From positions 1-64,000 of the forward strand of contig CAXBQP010000001.1 of assembly GCA_963978095.1 (NCBI GenBank): DNA of 64,000 nt, in the 5' to 3' direction. Positions within the stretch are counted from its first letter, which is position 1. Each line of letters starts with the position of its first letter. The position numbers and the translations under genes are program-made. A model generated the notes under the pieces. That model saw only the letters and a program-made list of their open reading frames with translations, did no database searches and was not told where the DNA came from. Shown here piece by piece: positions 8,686 to 17,898 of this stretch. Origin of the DNA: an uncultured bacterium. GTDB lineage: Bacteria > Gemmatimonadota > Gemmatimonadetes > Gemmatimonadales > Gemmatimonadaceae.

Positions 8686-11028
8686 TCAGATCTTTCCGCG
8701 GAGCATCGCGTACCAGATCAGCGGCTGCGTGGCCATGCTCTGCCCACGGTATTGCGGACGGAATCCATACAGATACACGCGGCCGGTTCCCATCACCGAT
8801 TCGACCATCGCGGCCTTGCCGTTGAGTTTGGCCCCGCCCAGCAGCCAGCCGGACAGGAGCGGATCGCCCTTGGCCTGGTACGTCGCGATCGCGGTCGTCT
8901 GCGAAGGGTCGGTGATCTCGAAAGCGGGGCTGTTCTCGAACCAGATCGCGGGCACGGGCGCCGTCACGTTCACGGTCGCCAAGTGCCCCTTCATGAGCTC
9001 AACGGACAAGAGCGAGCCCGGCGCGTAGAACTCGGTATTGCGGACCCCGGCCAAGACATTCTTGACGGGCAGCTTCAGCGCATCGATCGCGTAGTCGCTG
9101 GCACCGTTGAACGCGAGCAACGTACCGCCCCCACGCACGAAGGCGGCGAGCGCCTGCGCGCCGGGCTCCCCGAGTCCGCCGCGCAGACTGTCCGGGAAGG
9201 CCGCGCCGAGTCCGCCCGCGATCTGTCGGGCATTCTGGTCGGGGATGATCACGACATCGAATCGCGCGCCGAGGTTTCCCCCGCGGACCTCCTTGTCCGT
9301 GATGGAGGTGAAGGCCACGCCGTAGGCGTCGAACATCCAGCGTGTCCATCCTTCGTCCATGGTGGACGCGAAGCTGCGATAAATGGCGATCCGCGGAATC
9401 CCCGCCTTCCGCGACAGCTCCGGCACGCTGTACATGGGTTCCGCCACGGCGGCCACCGGCGCCGTGACGCTCGGCTCCGCGCCCGTGTATGCCGCGACCG
9501 CGACCCCGAAGAGCAGCGGAAGCGTGTGCGCCGTCACGTCGTACGGCCGTTTCGGCGGTCCGCCGGGATACTCGCGCAAATCGGGATATTTCTGACGCTC
9601 GAGCAACGCCTTGGCGTAGCCGCCGTACGGCTGCGTGGTCGAGATCACATAGCTGCCGGCCGGATAGGTGGCACTCCCGACCGCGATCGGGCCCGTGGAC
9701 TCGCGCACCTCGACCTGGCCATGCTGCAACGTCCAGATCAACCGTTGCAAGGCCTGGGGGTCCTGCTTCTGCTTCGGAATCACGAAAGCGGTGGGCACCG
9801 GCGTCGTGGACCAGTCACGCGACGGGCTCATGGCGCGGTCTCCCAACGCCACGTAGCTCTCCAGCCACGCGCGACGATCCTTGGCAGCCTCCACGAGCAG
9901 GGCCCACGACGCGCTCACCTGGTACGCGACGATGTCGCCGTAGCGCCACGTGCCGCCCTTCCAGAGCGCAGGGAAGTTCCAGGTCGCGCTCTTCGCGTCG
10001 TACCCTCGTCCGGTGCCGAGCTGATCGAACGTGTAGTCGACCGCGGTCGCCAACCGGGCGCTTGCGGTCTCGGTCAGGATGCGCACGCCGCGATGGTAGA
10101 GCGAATACTGACGTGCCGGCGACCACTGGTCGTAGGACGCGTTGGTCGCGATCCCGCTCTTGCCTTCCGCGGTCATGCGCCAGCCCATCGCCATGCCGAG
10201 CGCGTTGGTGCCGGCGGTCAGGATGGGGTCGATGTTCGGTTCGACCGGGTCCATGTACGGCGGAATGAAGATGCGCCCCGCGTTCCCGCCCTGCTGGTGC
10301 ACGTCGTTCACGATCTGGGGATCCCACGGCGTATACAGCGAGTCCACCGTGTAGCGCGTCTCCACCTGCGTGAACGCATACCAATCGCGGTTGTTGTCGT
10401 GCCCGGTGTACTTGTGGTAGAGCTGCGGCGGCTCGGTGCCTTCCGACTTGGTATCCAAGGTGCTGCGGTACCAGTCGCCCACGATATCGACGCCGTCCGG
10501 ATTCTGCGATGGCACCAGGATCACGATCGTGTTCGCGAGCACCGATTTGGCGTCTGCGGTTTCGCCTCGGGCGAGCCGATCCGCGAGGACGAGCGGCGTG
10601 GTGAAACCGCCGACCTCCGTGGAATGGATCGACGACGTGATCAGGATCACGTTCTTGCCGTCGAGCAGCAGTTGCTGCAGTTCGCCGGGCTTGCGGAGGC
10701 GCGGATCCATCAGCTTCCGCTGGATCTGCTTGTAGCGGTCGAGATTCGCCAGCGTGGACGAATCGGCGATGAACACGGCGAGGAAGGGTCGGCCAAGCGT
10801 CGTCTTCCCGAGGATCCGCGTGGTGACGCGGGGGCTCGCCTTGTCGAGGGCGGTAAAGTAGTCGGTGATCTGCTTCCACGTGGGAAGCTTGCGGTCAGCG
10901 CCCGGCTCGTAGCCGAGGATGGATGCCGGCGTGGGCAATGCGGTTTTCTGACCGGTCACGGTGCGCGCGGGAGCAAGAACACCCGCGGCGAGGACGACAC
11001 CGCACACCACTGCACGAATCGAGGACAC
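8686..11028 (-). CDS. secreted M14 family zinc carboxypeptidase-like protein with C-terminal GATase-like domain
   Basis: Signal peptide; SIHSTE zinc motif, QNPDG, GHDNNRD, DVHQQG; MDEGWTRW; GFRPQYRGQ. Confidence 0.88.
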   Translation of the reverse strand: MSSIRAVVCGVVLAAGVLAPARTVTGQKTALPTPASILGYEPGADRKLPTWKQITDYFTALDKASPRVTTRILGKTTLGRPFLAVFIADSSTLANLDRYKQIQRKLMDPRLRKPGELQQLLLDGKNVILITSSIHSTEVGGFTTPLVLADRLARGETADAKSVLANTIVILVPSQNPDGVDIVGDWYRSTLDTKSEGTEPPQLYHKYTGHDNNRDWYAFTQVETRYTVDSLYTPWDPQIVNDVHQQGGNAGRIFIPPYMDPVEPNIDPILTAGTNALGMAMGWRMTAEGKSGIATNASYDQWSPARQYSLYHRGVRILTETASARLATAVDYTFDQLGTGRGYDAKSATWNFPALWKGGTWRYGDIVAYQVSASWALLVEAAKDRRAWLESYVALGDRAMSPSRDWSTTPVPTAFVIPKQKQDPQALQRLIWTLQHGQVEVRESTGPIAVGSATYPAGSYVISTTQPYGGYAKALLERQKYPDLREYPGGPPKRPYDVTAHTLPLLFGVAVAAYTGAEPSVTAPVAAVAEPMYSVPELSRKAGIPRIAIYRSFASTMDEGWTRWMFDAYGVAFTSITDKEVRGGNLGARFDVVIIPDQNARQIAGGLGAAFPDSLRGGLGEPGAQALAAFVRGGGTLLAFNGASDYAIDALKLPVKNVLAGVRNTEFYAPGSLLSVELMKGHLATVNVTAPVPAIWFENSPAFEITDPSQTTAIATYQAKGDPLLSGWLLGGAKLNGKAAMVESVMGTGRVYLYGFRPQYRGQSMATQPLIWYAMLRGKI

Positions 11029-11082
11029 GAGAGCTCCGGACAAAAGAGGATGCCGCGAAACTCGCCAGCGCGCGGGTCAACG

Positions 11083-12600
11083 TCAAGCGCGGACCGGACG
11101 ATACCGTAGCGCCTCGGCTACCGCGGATTCGTGGATCGTATCCGTGGCGTCCAGATCCGCAATCGTGCGGGCGACACGCACGATCCGATGATACGCCCGC
11201 GCGCTGAGCCCCAACCGCTCCGCCGCGGTGTCGAGCAACTCCCGGGCCGCAGGCGTCAGCGCGCCGTGCGCGAGCAACCAGGTCCCCGCCGCGTCGGCAT
11301 TTACCCGCCAATTCGCGTGCGCCGCGTAGCGTTCGCGCTGCTGGGCGCGGGCGTCCAGCACGCGGGCGCGAATCGCGTTGCTGGATTCCTCGGCGCCGTT
11401 CCGGCTCAGCACCGAGAGCTCGACGGCGCCCACGTGGGTATGCAAGTCGATCCGGTCGGCCAACGGACCCGAGAGCCGGGCGCCGTACCGCTCCAGGTCC
11501 GCCTGCGAACACCGGCAGCGATCCGTACCGTCGCCCGCGCGGCCGCAGGGGCATGGGTTCGCCGCGCCCACTAGCTGGAAGCGCGCCGGAAAGGCCACCG
11601 CGTGGGCTGCGCGAGCGATTACCACGCGCCCGTCCTCCAGCGGTTGCCGCATGGCGTCAAGGATGTACCGCGGCAACTCCAACAACTCGTCCAGAAAGAG
11701 AACACCGCGGTGCGCCAGGCTGACCTCCCCCGGGCGCGGACCGGGGCCGCCGCCGATCAGTCCGGCGACGGAAATCGTGTGGTGGGGGGCGCGAAAAGGA
11801 GGAATCGCGCTCGGGCGGGCGCCCGGCGGCAGGACGCCCGCCACGGAGTGCACGGCGACCACGTCAAGGAGCGCCTCGTCATCGAGTGGAGGCAGAATGC
11901 CCGGGAGTCGACGGGCGAGCATCGTCTTCCCCGTTCCCGGCGGCCCGATCATGAGCACATTGTGCGCGCCGGCGGCGGCGATCTCGAGCGCGCGTTTCGC
12001 GAGCGGCTGCCCGACGACGTCCGCAAAGTCGACCCCGTCGGACGGGCGCTCGACGACCGCACCGGCGGGACTCACCATGGCCGGCAGTTCGCCGGCGCGC
12101 AGACACGCCACGATCCCCGCGAGCGTCGTTGCCGCAACGATTCGCGCCTTGCCCACCAAGAGCGCCTCGGCCCCGTTCGCCTCCGGCAACACGACGCCCC
12201 GCAGCGCCCGCCGCGCCGCCAGCGCCGCGATCGGAAGTGCGCCCCGAACGGGGCGAATGCTGCCGTCGAGCCCGAGCTCCCCGACGACCAGCAGATCGCC
12301 CACCGCATCCGGGTCGAGTCGCCCGATGGCAATCAGGAGCCCAAGCGCGATCGGGAGATCGTAGGCGGTGCCTTCCTTGCGTACGTCAGCCGGCGACAGA
12401 TTCACCGTGACGCGACGCGACGGCAACTCGAACCCGGCGTTGACGATCGCCGCGCTCACGCGTTCGCGCGCCTCCTTGACGGCTCCGCCCGGGAGCCCGA
12501 CGATGGTCCACGCGGGGAGCCCGGGAGCGACGTCCACTTCGACGGTGACCGCGAAGGCCTCGACTCCGAGGACCGCAGCAGATTGAATGGCAGCAAGCAT
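11083..12600 (-). CDS. comM: YifB/ComM family Mg-chelatase-like AAA+ ATPase
   Basis: IVGLPGGAVKEARERV, GPPGTGKT, PFRAPHHT, GEVSLAHRGVLFLDEL, NPCPCG, LSARAYHRIVRVARTIADL. Confidence 0.93.
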   Translation of the reverse strand: MLAAIQSAAVLGVEAFAVTVEVDVAPGLPAWTIVGLPGGAVKEARERVSAAIVNAGFELPSRRVTVNLSPADVRKEGTAYDLPIALGLLIAIGRLDPDAVGDLLVVGELGLDGSIRPVRGALPIAALAARRALRGVVLPEANGAEALLVGKARIVAATTLAGIVACLRAGELPAMVSPAGAVVERPSDGVDFADVVGQPLAKRALEIAAAGAHNVLMIGPPGTGKTMLARRLPGILPPLDDEALLDVVAVHSVAGVLPPGARPSAIPPFRAPHHTISVAGLIGGGPGPRPGEVSLAHRGVLFLDELLELPRYILDAMRQPLEDGRVVIARAAHAVAFPARFQLVGAANPCPCGRAGDGTDRCRCSQADLERYGARLSGPLADRIDLHTHVGAVELSVLSRNGAEESSNAIRARVLDARAQQRERYAAHANWRVNADAAGTWLLAHGALTPAARELLDTAAERLGLSARAYHRIVRVARTIADLDATDTIHESAVAEALRYRPVRA

Positions 12601-12731
12601 GCCGATACCGTAGCACGGCCGGGGTCGACGGCCGGTATCGTTTCCACGCCGCGCGAAGCGTATCCACGCCGCCGAAGGACGAGCCATCCGCGCCGCTGGT
12701 GCCGGTGGAACGGCCCCTCTAACTTGACTCC

Positions 12732-13265
12732 ATGCCTCGCCTCTCCTTCGTCCGATCCGTGGTCGCTGCGCTCCTGATGAGCGTAGCGCCGTGCCTCCCG
12801 ATGCTCGCGCAGGGGATGAAGTCTCCCGCTTCGGCGACGCCGGCGAACACGGAACCGCGTCAGGCGTCGTACGTGTCGTCGCGTCTGAATGACAAACCGC
12901 TCCCGGTCACCGATCGTGCCAGCGATGACAAGGGCGTGCAGTACGTCATCGAGTTCGATGAACTGATCCTCACCATCCTGCCCAAGCACGAGTTCCGTGC
13001 CGCGCTCAAGTACAAGCAGACACTCGCCTCCAAAGGGGCGGCCATGGGACGCGAGCCGTTGCAGAAGATGAACGTGTACGGCACCTGGGTCGCGGTCGGG
13101 TCGAGCATCCGATTCATCCCCGATCCGAAACGCGGCGGCGAGGGACTCCGGATTCTCGACGGCAGCTTCGCCGGCGACCGGATCAATGTGCCGTTCGACT
13201 ATCGCAATGGGAGCGTGCAACGGCGTGCCGCCGTCGTGCTCATCAAGGACGACAAGATTTTCTAA
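12732..13265 (+). CDS. hypothetical secreted protein
   Basis: Signal peptide then a beta-rich domain; protein-like composition, lies directly upstream of the M28 peptidase. Confidence 0.75.
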   Translation: MPRLSFVRSVVAALLMSVAPCLPMLAQGMKSPASATPANTEPRQASYVSSRLNDKPLPVTDRASDDKGVQYVIEFDELILTILPKHEFRAALKYKQTLASKGAAMGREPLQKMNVYGTWVAVGSSIRFIPDPKRGGEGLRILDGSFAGDRINVPFDYRNGSVQRRAAVVLIKDDKIF

Positions 13266-13278
13266 TCTGGAGTTTCCG

Positions 13279-15063
13279 ATGCGCCGGACTGCCCTGCTCC
13301 CCATGTTGTTGGTCGGGTCTCTCGCCGGTGCGCAAGCAGTGGACCGCGCCGCCGCCACTCCCGCAGCGGGGCCGGCCGATGCGCATCTGGCATTGGTGCG
13401 TCCGCTCTACGCCAAGGAGAAAGCGTTCGAAACGGTGGCATATCTCGACCGATTCGTACGGTGGCCGGGAAACGCGGGGTTCGACTCCAGCATCATGCAT
13501 GTCGCCGGCAAGCTGCGCGCCGCTGGCTTCGTCGAGCAGTCGACGGCGAAACCGTCCGACCGTCTGACCTACCGGATCGAGCGCTACCCGATGTCCGCAC
13601 CCGCCTGGGAGCCGATCCACGCCTCGGTCGCGATCGTCGGCGCGAATGGCGCACGCACCATGGTCTACGGGTTCCCGCTGAATCGCAACATGCTCGCCAC
13701 CAACTCCTTCTCCACGCCAACCGGAGGGATCGACGCGGCACTCGTGCGGCTGACGGCGATCGACAGCGCGGCCTTTGCCAAACAGGATGTGCGAGGGAAA
13801 CTCGTGCTGCTCGACGCGGCCCCGGGCGGGCGCCGCGGAGGACTGTCGCAGCTGTATGCCGAGGCGGTGATCAAGCGTGGGGCGCTCGGCGCATTCGCCT
13901 ACGCCATGCCCGAGTACCTGCTCCCGGAAAAACACCGGACGTCCATCCAGTTCACCAGCATCCCCTACGACACGGCGCATCGGGGGTTCGGCATGATGCT
14001 CTCCTACGAGGCGCGCGAGACTCTGCTCGGCGCTCTGCGGCGCGGCCCGGTGACGCTCCATGTGGAGACGGCGAGCCGCTTCACACCCCAAGCGGTCGAG
14101 CTCACCGTCGTGGCCGAGATCAGGGGCAGTGCCGCCCCTGACGAGCGGTTCGTGTACAGCGCCCACGTGCAGGAGCCCGGCGCCAACGACAACGCGAGCG
14201 GCGTCGGCTCACTGATCGAGGCCGCTCGCGTTGCGGCGTCCCTCGTGAAGAGCGGCAAGGAAGACCCCAAGCGCACGCTGACCTTCTTGTGGGGGCTCGA
14301 GATCCGATCCACGCAACGGTTCATCCAGCAGGACAGCGCACGCGCGCGCGGGATCCGGTGGGGGATGTCGCTCGATATGACCGGCGAGGACACCAAGAAG
14401 ACGGGAGGCACGTTCCTGATCGAGAAGATGCCGGATCCGTCCGCCATCTGGACCCGCGGCGATGACCATCACACCGCGTGGGGCGGGTCGGTGCTCACCG
14501 AAGACAAGATGACGCCGCACTATTTCAACGACTTCGTGATCGGTCGCGCCATGGACGAAGCCCGCGGCACCGACTGGATCGTGCGGGCGAACCCCTACGA
14601 GGGTGGAAGCGACCACACGCCATTCCTCAGCGCCAGGAAGCCGGGGCTGCTCCTGTGGCACTTCACCGACGAATACTACCACACCGACGGCGACCGGTTG
14701 GACAAGGTGAGCGCCGACGAACTGCGGCACTCGGGAATCACGGCGCTGATCAGCGGGCTCACGATCGCGAGCGCCGACGCCAGCACCGCGCGCGGTGTGA
14801 TCGCGGAGCTCGAACGCGCCGCGCTCACGCGGATCGAGACGGAGCGCGCGCTCTCGGCCGACGTCGTCGCGCGCGGTGGGAGCGTCGAGGCCGAACAGCA
14901 CCTGCTGGATGTGTGGGGCGCGTGGTACCGCGATGCGCTCACGACCACCGCGGACATCGAAGTCGGGGGCAGTTCCGCGGCAACGACCGCCGCGATTCGG
15001 GGATCACAGGCGCGGGTGCAGGCCGCCGTCATCAAGGCGCGAAACTCGCTCAAGCTCGAGTAG
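13279..15063 (+). CDS. secreted M28 family metallopeptidase
   Basis: Signal peptide, PA-like insert, YSAHVQEPGANDNASG, WGLEI, SLDMTG, GSDHTPF, YYHTDGD. Confidence 0.9.
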   Translation: MRRTALLPMLLVGSLAGAQAVDRAAATPAAGPADAHLALVRPLYAKEKAFETVAYLDRFVRWPGNAGFDSSIMHVAGKLRAAGFVEQSTAKPSDRLTYRIERYPMSAPAWEPIHASVAIVGANGARTMVYGFPLNRNMLATNSFSTPTGGIDAALVRLTAIDSAAFAKQDVRGKLVLLDAAPGGRRGGLSQLYAEAVIKRGALGAFAYAMPEYLLPEKHRTSIQFTSIPYDTAHRGFGMMLSYEARETLLGALRRGPVTLHVETASRFTPQAVELTVVAEIRGSAAPDERFVYSAHVQEPGANDNASGVGSLIEAARVAASLVKSGKEDPKRTLTFLWGLEIRSTQRFIQQDSARARGIRWGMSLDMTGEDTKKTGGTFLIEKMPDPSAIWTRGDDHHTAWGGSVLTEDKMTPHYFNDFVIGRAMDEARGTDWIVRANPYEGGSDHTPFLSARKPGLLLWHFTDEYYHTDGDRLDKVSADELRHSGITALISGLTIASADASTARGVIAELERAALTRIETERALSADVVARGGSVEAEQHLLDVWGAWYRDALTTTADIEVGGSSAATTAAIRGSQARVQAAVIKARNSLKLE

Positions 15064-15064
15064 G

Positions 15065-16003
15065 TTACGCCCGGAAATCCGCCGGCACGAGCAGCCGCTC
15101 GATCCCCTCGTACACCGCGATCAGATGCCGCACGTTCGACACGAAGTCGATCTGCGACACGTCGATCTCGAGCACCGGCCCGGCATACCATCCCGTCAAT
15201 CGCAGGTGCGGCACGAACGCATCATATCGCGGATTGAGCGCCTTCACCACACGGACGAGTCCCTCGGGCAGCGCCGCGTCGAGCGACCGCTCTTCATGGC
15301 GTTGCCGATCCCCGATGTTCCGCAGGAGCGTGTCAACCGGCGCCCTGAGCACCACCAGCAGGCCGGGACGCACCAACGGCCGGAACTCGGCATCGAGCCG
15401 CGCGTCGATGACATGCAGCGCCTCGGTCGTCAGATACGGCTCGTCCATGTCGCGATGCAGCACCTCGCAGAACGCGAAACGGTCCGCCAGTGGCGACCCA
15501 TCGATGCAAGTACTTGCTTGCAGATGCGGCATGGCCTGCAACTGCATCTTCCGGAGATCCAGGTACGCATGCTGGATGTCCAGCGCCGCATGCTCGAGTT
15601 GCTGTTTGGCCGACACCCACGTCGCGCTACCCCGGGCCTCGCGACCCTGCACATCGATGAACGTGTTGATCGCGCCGTAATACCGTCCGAGCGTGCGCTT
15701 CGCCGAGTGCTTCGCCGTGGCCAGCAAGGGGAAGAGCGACGGATTCTGCGCGATGTGGTCCTCGAAGCCGTCATCCGGGAGCTCGAACAGCGCGTTCATC
15801 CCGGTGCTGTACGCCAGCAGCTTGACCAGCGAACTCTTCCCGGCTCCGATGTTCCCGACGCAGGTGATCAGCGTCTGGTGACGGGAGAGATACGTGAGCA
15901 AGCGCCGTTCGACATTCGTGAGGCGGTTGGCGATCTCGTGCCGTCGGATCGTGGGATCCTCGACGACGCGGAGCGTCGTCCCCGCCAGTTGCGTCGGAGT
16001 CAT
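15065..16003 (-). CDS. divergent deoxynucleoside kinase-fold protein (subunit B)
   Basis: P-loop GNIGAGKSS, Q..YL..R, DGS in place of DRS, PGLLVVL, lid RQRHEE, IDFV. Confidence 0.8.
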   Translation of the reverse strand: MTPTQLAGTTLRVVEDPTIRRHEIANRLTNVERRLLTYLSRHQTLITCVGNIGAGKSSLVKLLAYSTGMNALFELPDDGFEDHIAQNPSLFPLLATAKHSAKRTLGRYYGAINTFIDVQGREARGSATWVSAKQQLEHAALDIQHAYLDLRKMQLQAMPHLQASTCIDGSPLADRFAFCEVLHRDMDEPYLTTEALHVIDARLDAEFRPLVRPGLLVVLRAPVDTLLRNIGDRQRHEERSLDAALPEGLVRVVKALNPRYDAFVPHLRLTGWYAGPVLEIDVSQIDFVSNVRHLIAVYEGIERLLVPADFRA

Positions 16004-16773
16004 CCGTTCACCCGGCGCGTCGCCAGCATGCGCCTCACTTTCTCGCGGATCGTCCCGGCGGCCACGTGGACATAGTCCGGATGCTCATTCATGTCGATCT
16101 CGGCGGGAAGGATCACGATGTCGGCGTCCGGCGGGACGATGGTGAGTTCCTGATATTTGCGTAACGTGCCGCGCCAGCTCGCGGCCAACGATTCATAGCA
16201 TTCGTGGATCTCGCGCAGATACTGCGCGGTGATCGTCTGCGCGTAGCGGTCCCCGGTCGCCGCGCGCCGGAGGCGCCGCGTCTCCAGCAGCGCGGGTTCC
16301 GTGCGCAGATACACGGTGAGATCCGGCAGACGGATCCGCTCGTGATGCAGCGTCTGATGGAACAGCGTGGCGTAGAGCCGTGCGTGGGCGGCCGGCATTT
16401 CCCCCGCTTCGATCATGCGCTTCACGAACACCTCCGGCCCGTCCAGAAACGGACGGTCCTCGAGGATCAGCACACTTTCCCGCTGCTCGCGCGTCATCAA
16501 GTGGCGGATCTCACGCTGCTGCAGCACCCGCATGTGCAGGAACGCCGTCTCGGTGGGGAAGATGTTGGCGACACGGTCCTGATAGAACAGCGCCAAGCAC
16601 TCGTCGGTGAGCGATCCGTGCTCCACCCGCTCGGTGAACGCATGGGTCTCCGCCCCACCCAGGAGTGCCTGCAGTTCACTGCGGTACGGGTCCGCGGCCA
16701 ACGCGTTCATCAGGGTCGTCTTCCCCGAAAACAGGTTGCCCATGATCCCGATGTGGAAGTTCCCGAGTCCCAT
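16000..16773 (-). CDS. divergent deoxynucleoside kinase-fold protein (subunit A)
   Basis: P-loop GNLFSGKTT, LFYQD, EDRPFLD..VF, PDLTVYL, YLREIHECY; GGGAG SD-like site upstream of ATG 16773. Confidence 0.8.
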   Translation of the reverse strand: MGLGNFHIGIMGNLFSGKTTLMNALAADPYRSELQALLGGAETHAFTERVEHGSLTDECLALFYQDRVANIFPTETAFLHMRVLQQREIRHLMTREQRESVLILEDRPFLDGPEVFVKRMIEAGEMPAAHARLYATLFHQTLHHERIRLPDLTVYLRTEPALLETRRLRRAATGDRYAQTITAQYLREIHECYESLAASWRGTLRKYQELTIVPPDADIVILPAEIDMNEHPDYVHVAAGTIREKVRRMLATRRVNG

Positions 16774-16942
16774 GTGCCGTGCGCTCCCGAACGTGAGGCC
16801 TACGCGGACGATGGATTCTAACGCCGCGAACGGCAACGTGCCTACCAGGGCGCGCGCGCCGATGACCGGAACGGAAGTCCCACCGCGGCGCCGGACGGGG
16901 GACCGGTTGCAGACCGTCCGGCCATGTCGCATCGTTAGCGCC

Positions 16943-17602
16943 ATGCGACTCGGCCCCTCCGCCCTCCTACTGCTCGCGGCCCTCGGTGCGTGCACGCGCA
17001 CGCCGCCCCTGGTGCATGTCACCGCGGACCAGGTCCGCCTGACCAGCCCGGACTCCTTTCTGGTCCGCTATCTGACATCGAAAGGCACCTTCGACGTCAT
17101 GTTCCACCGCGACTGGGCGCCGATCGGCAACGATCGGGTGTACTACCTCACACGGGCCAAGTACTACGACGGGACGCGTTTCTTCCGGGTCGTCGACAAG
17201 TTCGTCGCACAATGGGGGATGGCCGGTGACACCGCCGTCGGCAACACGTGGCGGGCGCTGCGGATCGCGGATGACCCGGTGAAAGCCAGCAACGTACGCG
17301 GCACGGTGACGTTCGCGAGCGGCGGGAAGAACACGCGAACGACGCAGTTGTACATCAATTTTCGCGACAACACCCGACTCGACACCGCGAGTGCGGGACC
17401 GTACCCCCCTCTCGGCAAGGTGGTGGCTGGCATGAGCGACGTCGTCGACTCCTTGTATAGCGGATACGGTGAGGGAGCCCCCCGTGGCAAGGGCCCCGAG
17501 CAAGGGCGCATCAGCCGCGAAGGCAATGCCTACCTCGCCAAGGACTTCCCGAAACTCGACTCGGTCGTCACGGCCCGGGTCGTCAAGGAGTGGCGCCGCT
17601 GA
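16943..17602 (+). CDS. cyclophilin-type peptidyl-prolyl isomerase, probable lipoprotein
   Basis: Lipobox LGAC; FFRVVDKFVAQWG, RGTVTFA, RTTQLYIN, GKVVAGM. Confidence 0.9.
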   Translation: MRLGPSALLLLAALGACTRTPPLVHVTADQVRLTSPDSFLVRYLTSKGTFDVMFHRDWAPIGNDRVYYLTRAKYYDGTRFFRVVDKFVAQWGMAGDTAVGNTWRALRIADDPVKASNVRGTVTFASGGKNTRTTQLYINFRDNTRLDTASAGPYPPLGKVVAGMSDVVDSLYSGYGEGAPRGKGPEQGRISREGNAYLAKDFPKLDSVVTARVVKEWRR

Positions 17603-17898
17603 TGCCCCACACGGACGCCCGCTCCCACGCGGGACACCATGCCCTCGCCGCCGCGCGCTGGCGGATCGCCATCGTACTCACCAGCGCCGTGGTCGTCCTG
17701 TACTTCGGCTTCATCCTGCTGATCGCCTACGCGAAACCGCTCACGGGATCGCTCGTGGCCCCCGGGTTGAGTCTCGGCATCCTGCTCGGTGCGCTCGTGA
17801 TCTTCGGCTCGTGGATCAGCACGTGGATCTACGTACGCTGGGCGAATACCCAGTACGACGCGCGCCTCGAGACGCTCAAGCAGGAGGCAGCCCGATGA
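17602..17898 (+). CDS. DUF485 (YjcH-like) small membrane protein
   Basis: YFGFILLIA...YVRWAN..YD, two TM helices, directly upstream of actP. Confidence 0.88.
   Translation: MPHTDARSHAGHHALAAARWRIAIVLTSAVVVLYFGFILLIAYAKPLTGSLVAPGLSLGILLGALVIFGSWISTWIYVRWANTQYDARLETLKQEAAR

Noticed and set aside
8089..11109. 1006-aa plus-strand ORF, and similar long antisense ORFs (29608-32124, 37852-39987, 3742-5469, 55044-56756)
   Set aside because: Each lies antisense to genes with clear family motifs, is Arg/Gly/His-rich and has no recognisable motif. These are shadow ORFs typical of high-GC codon bias.
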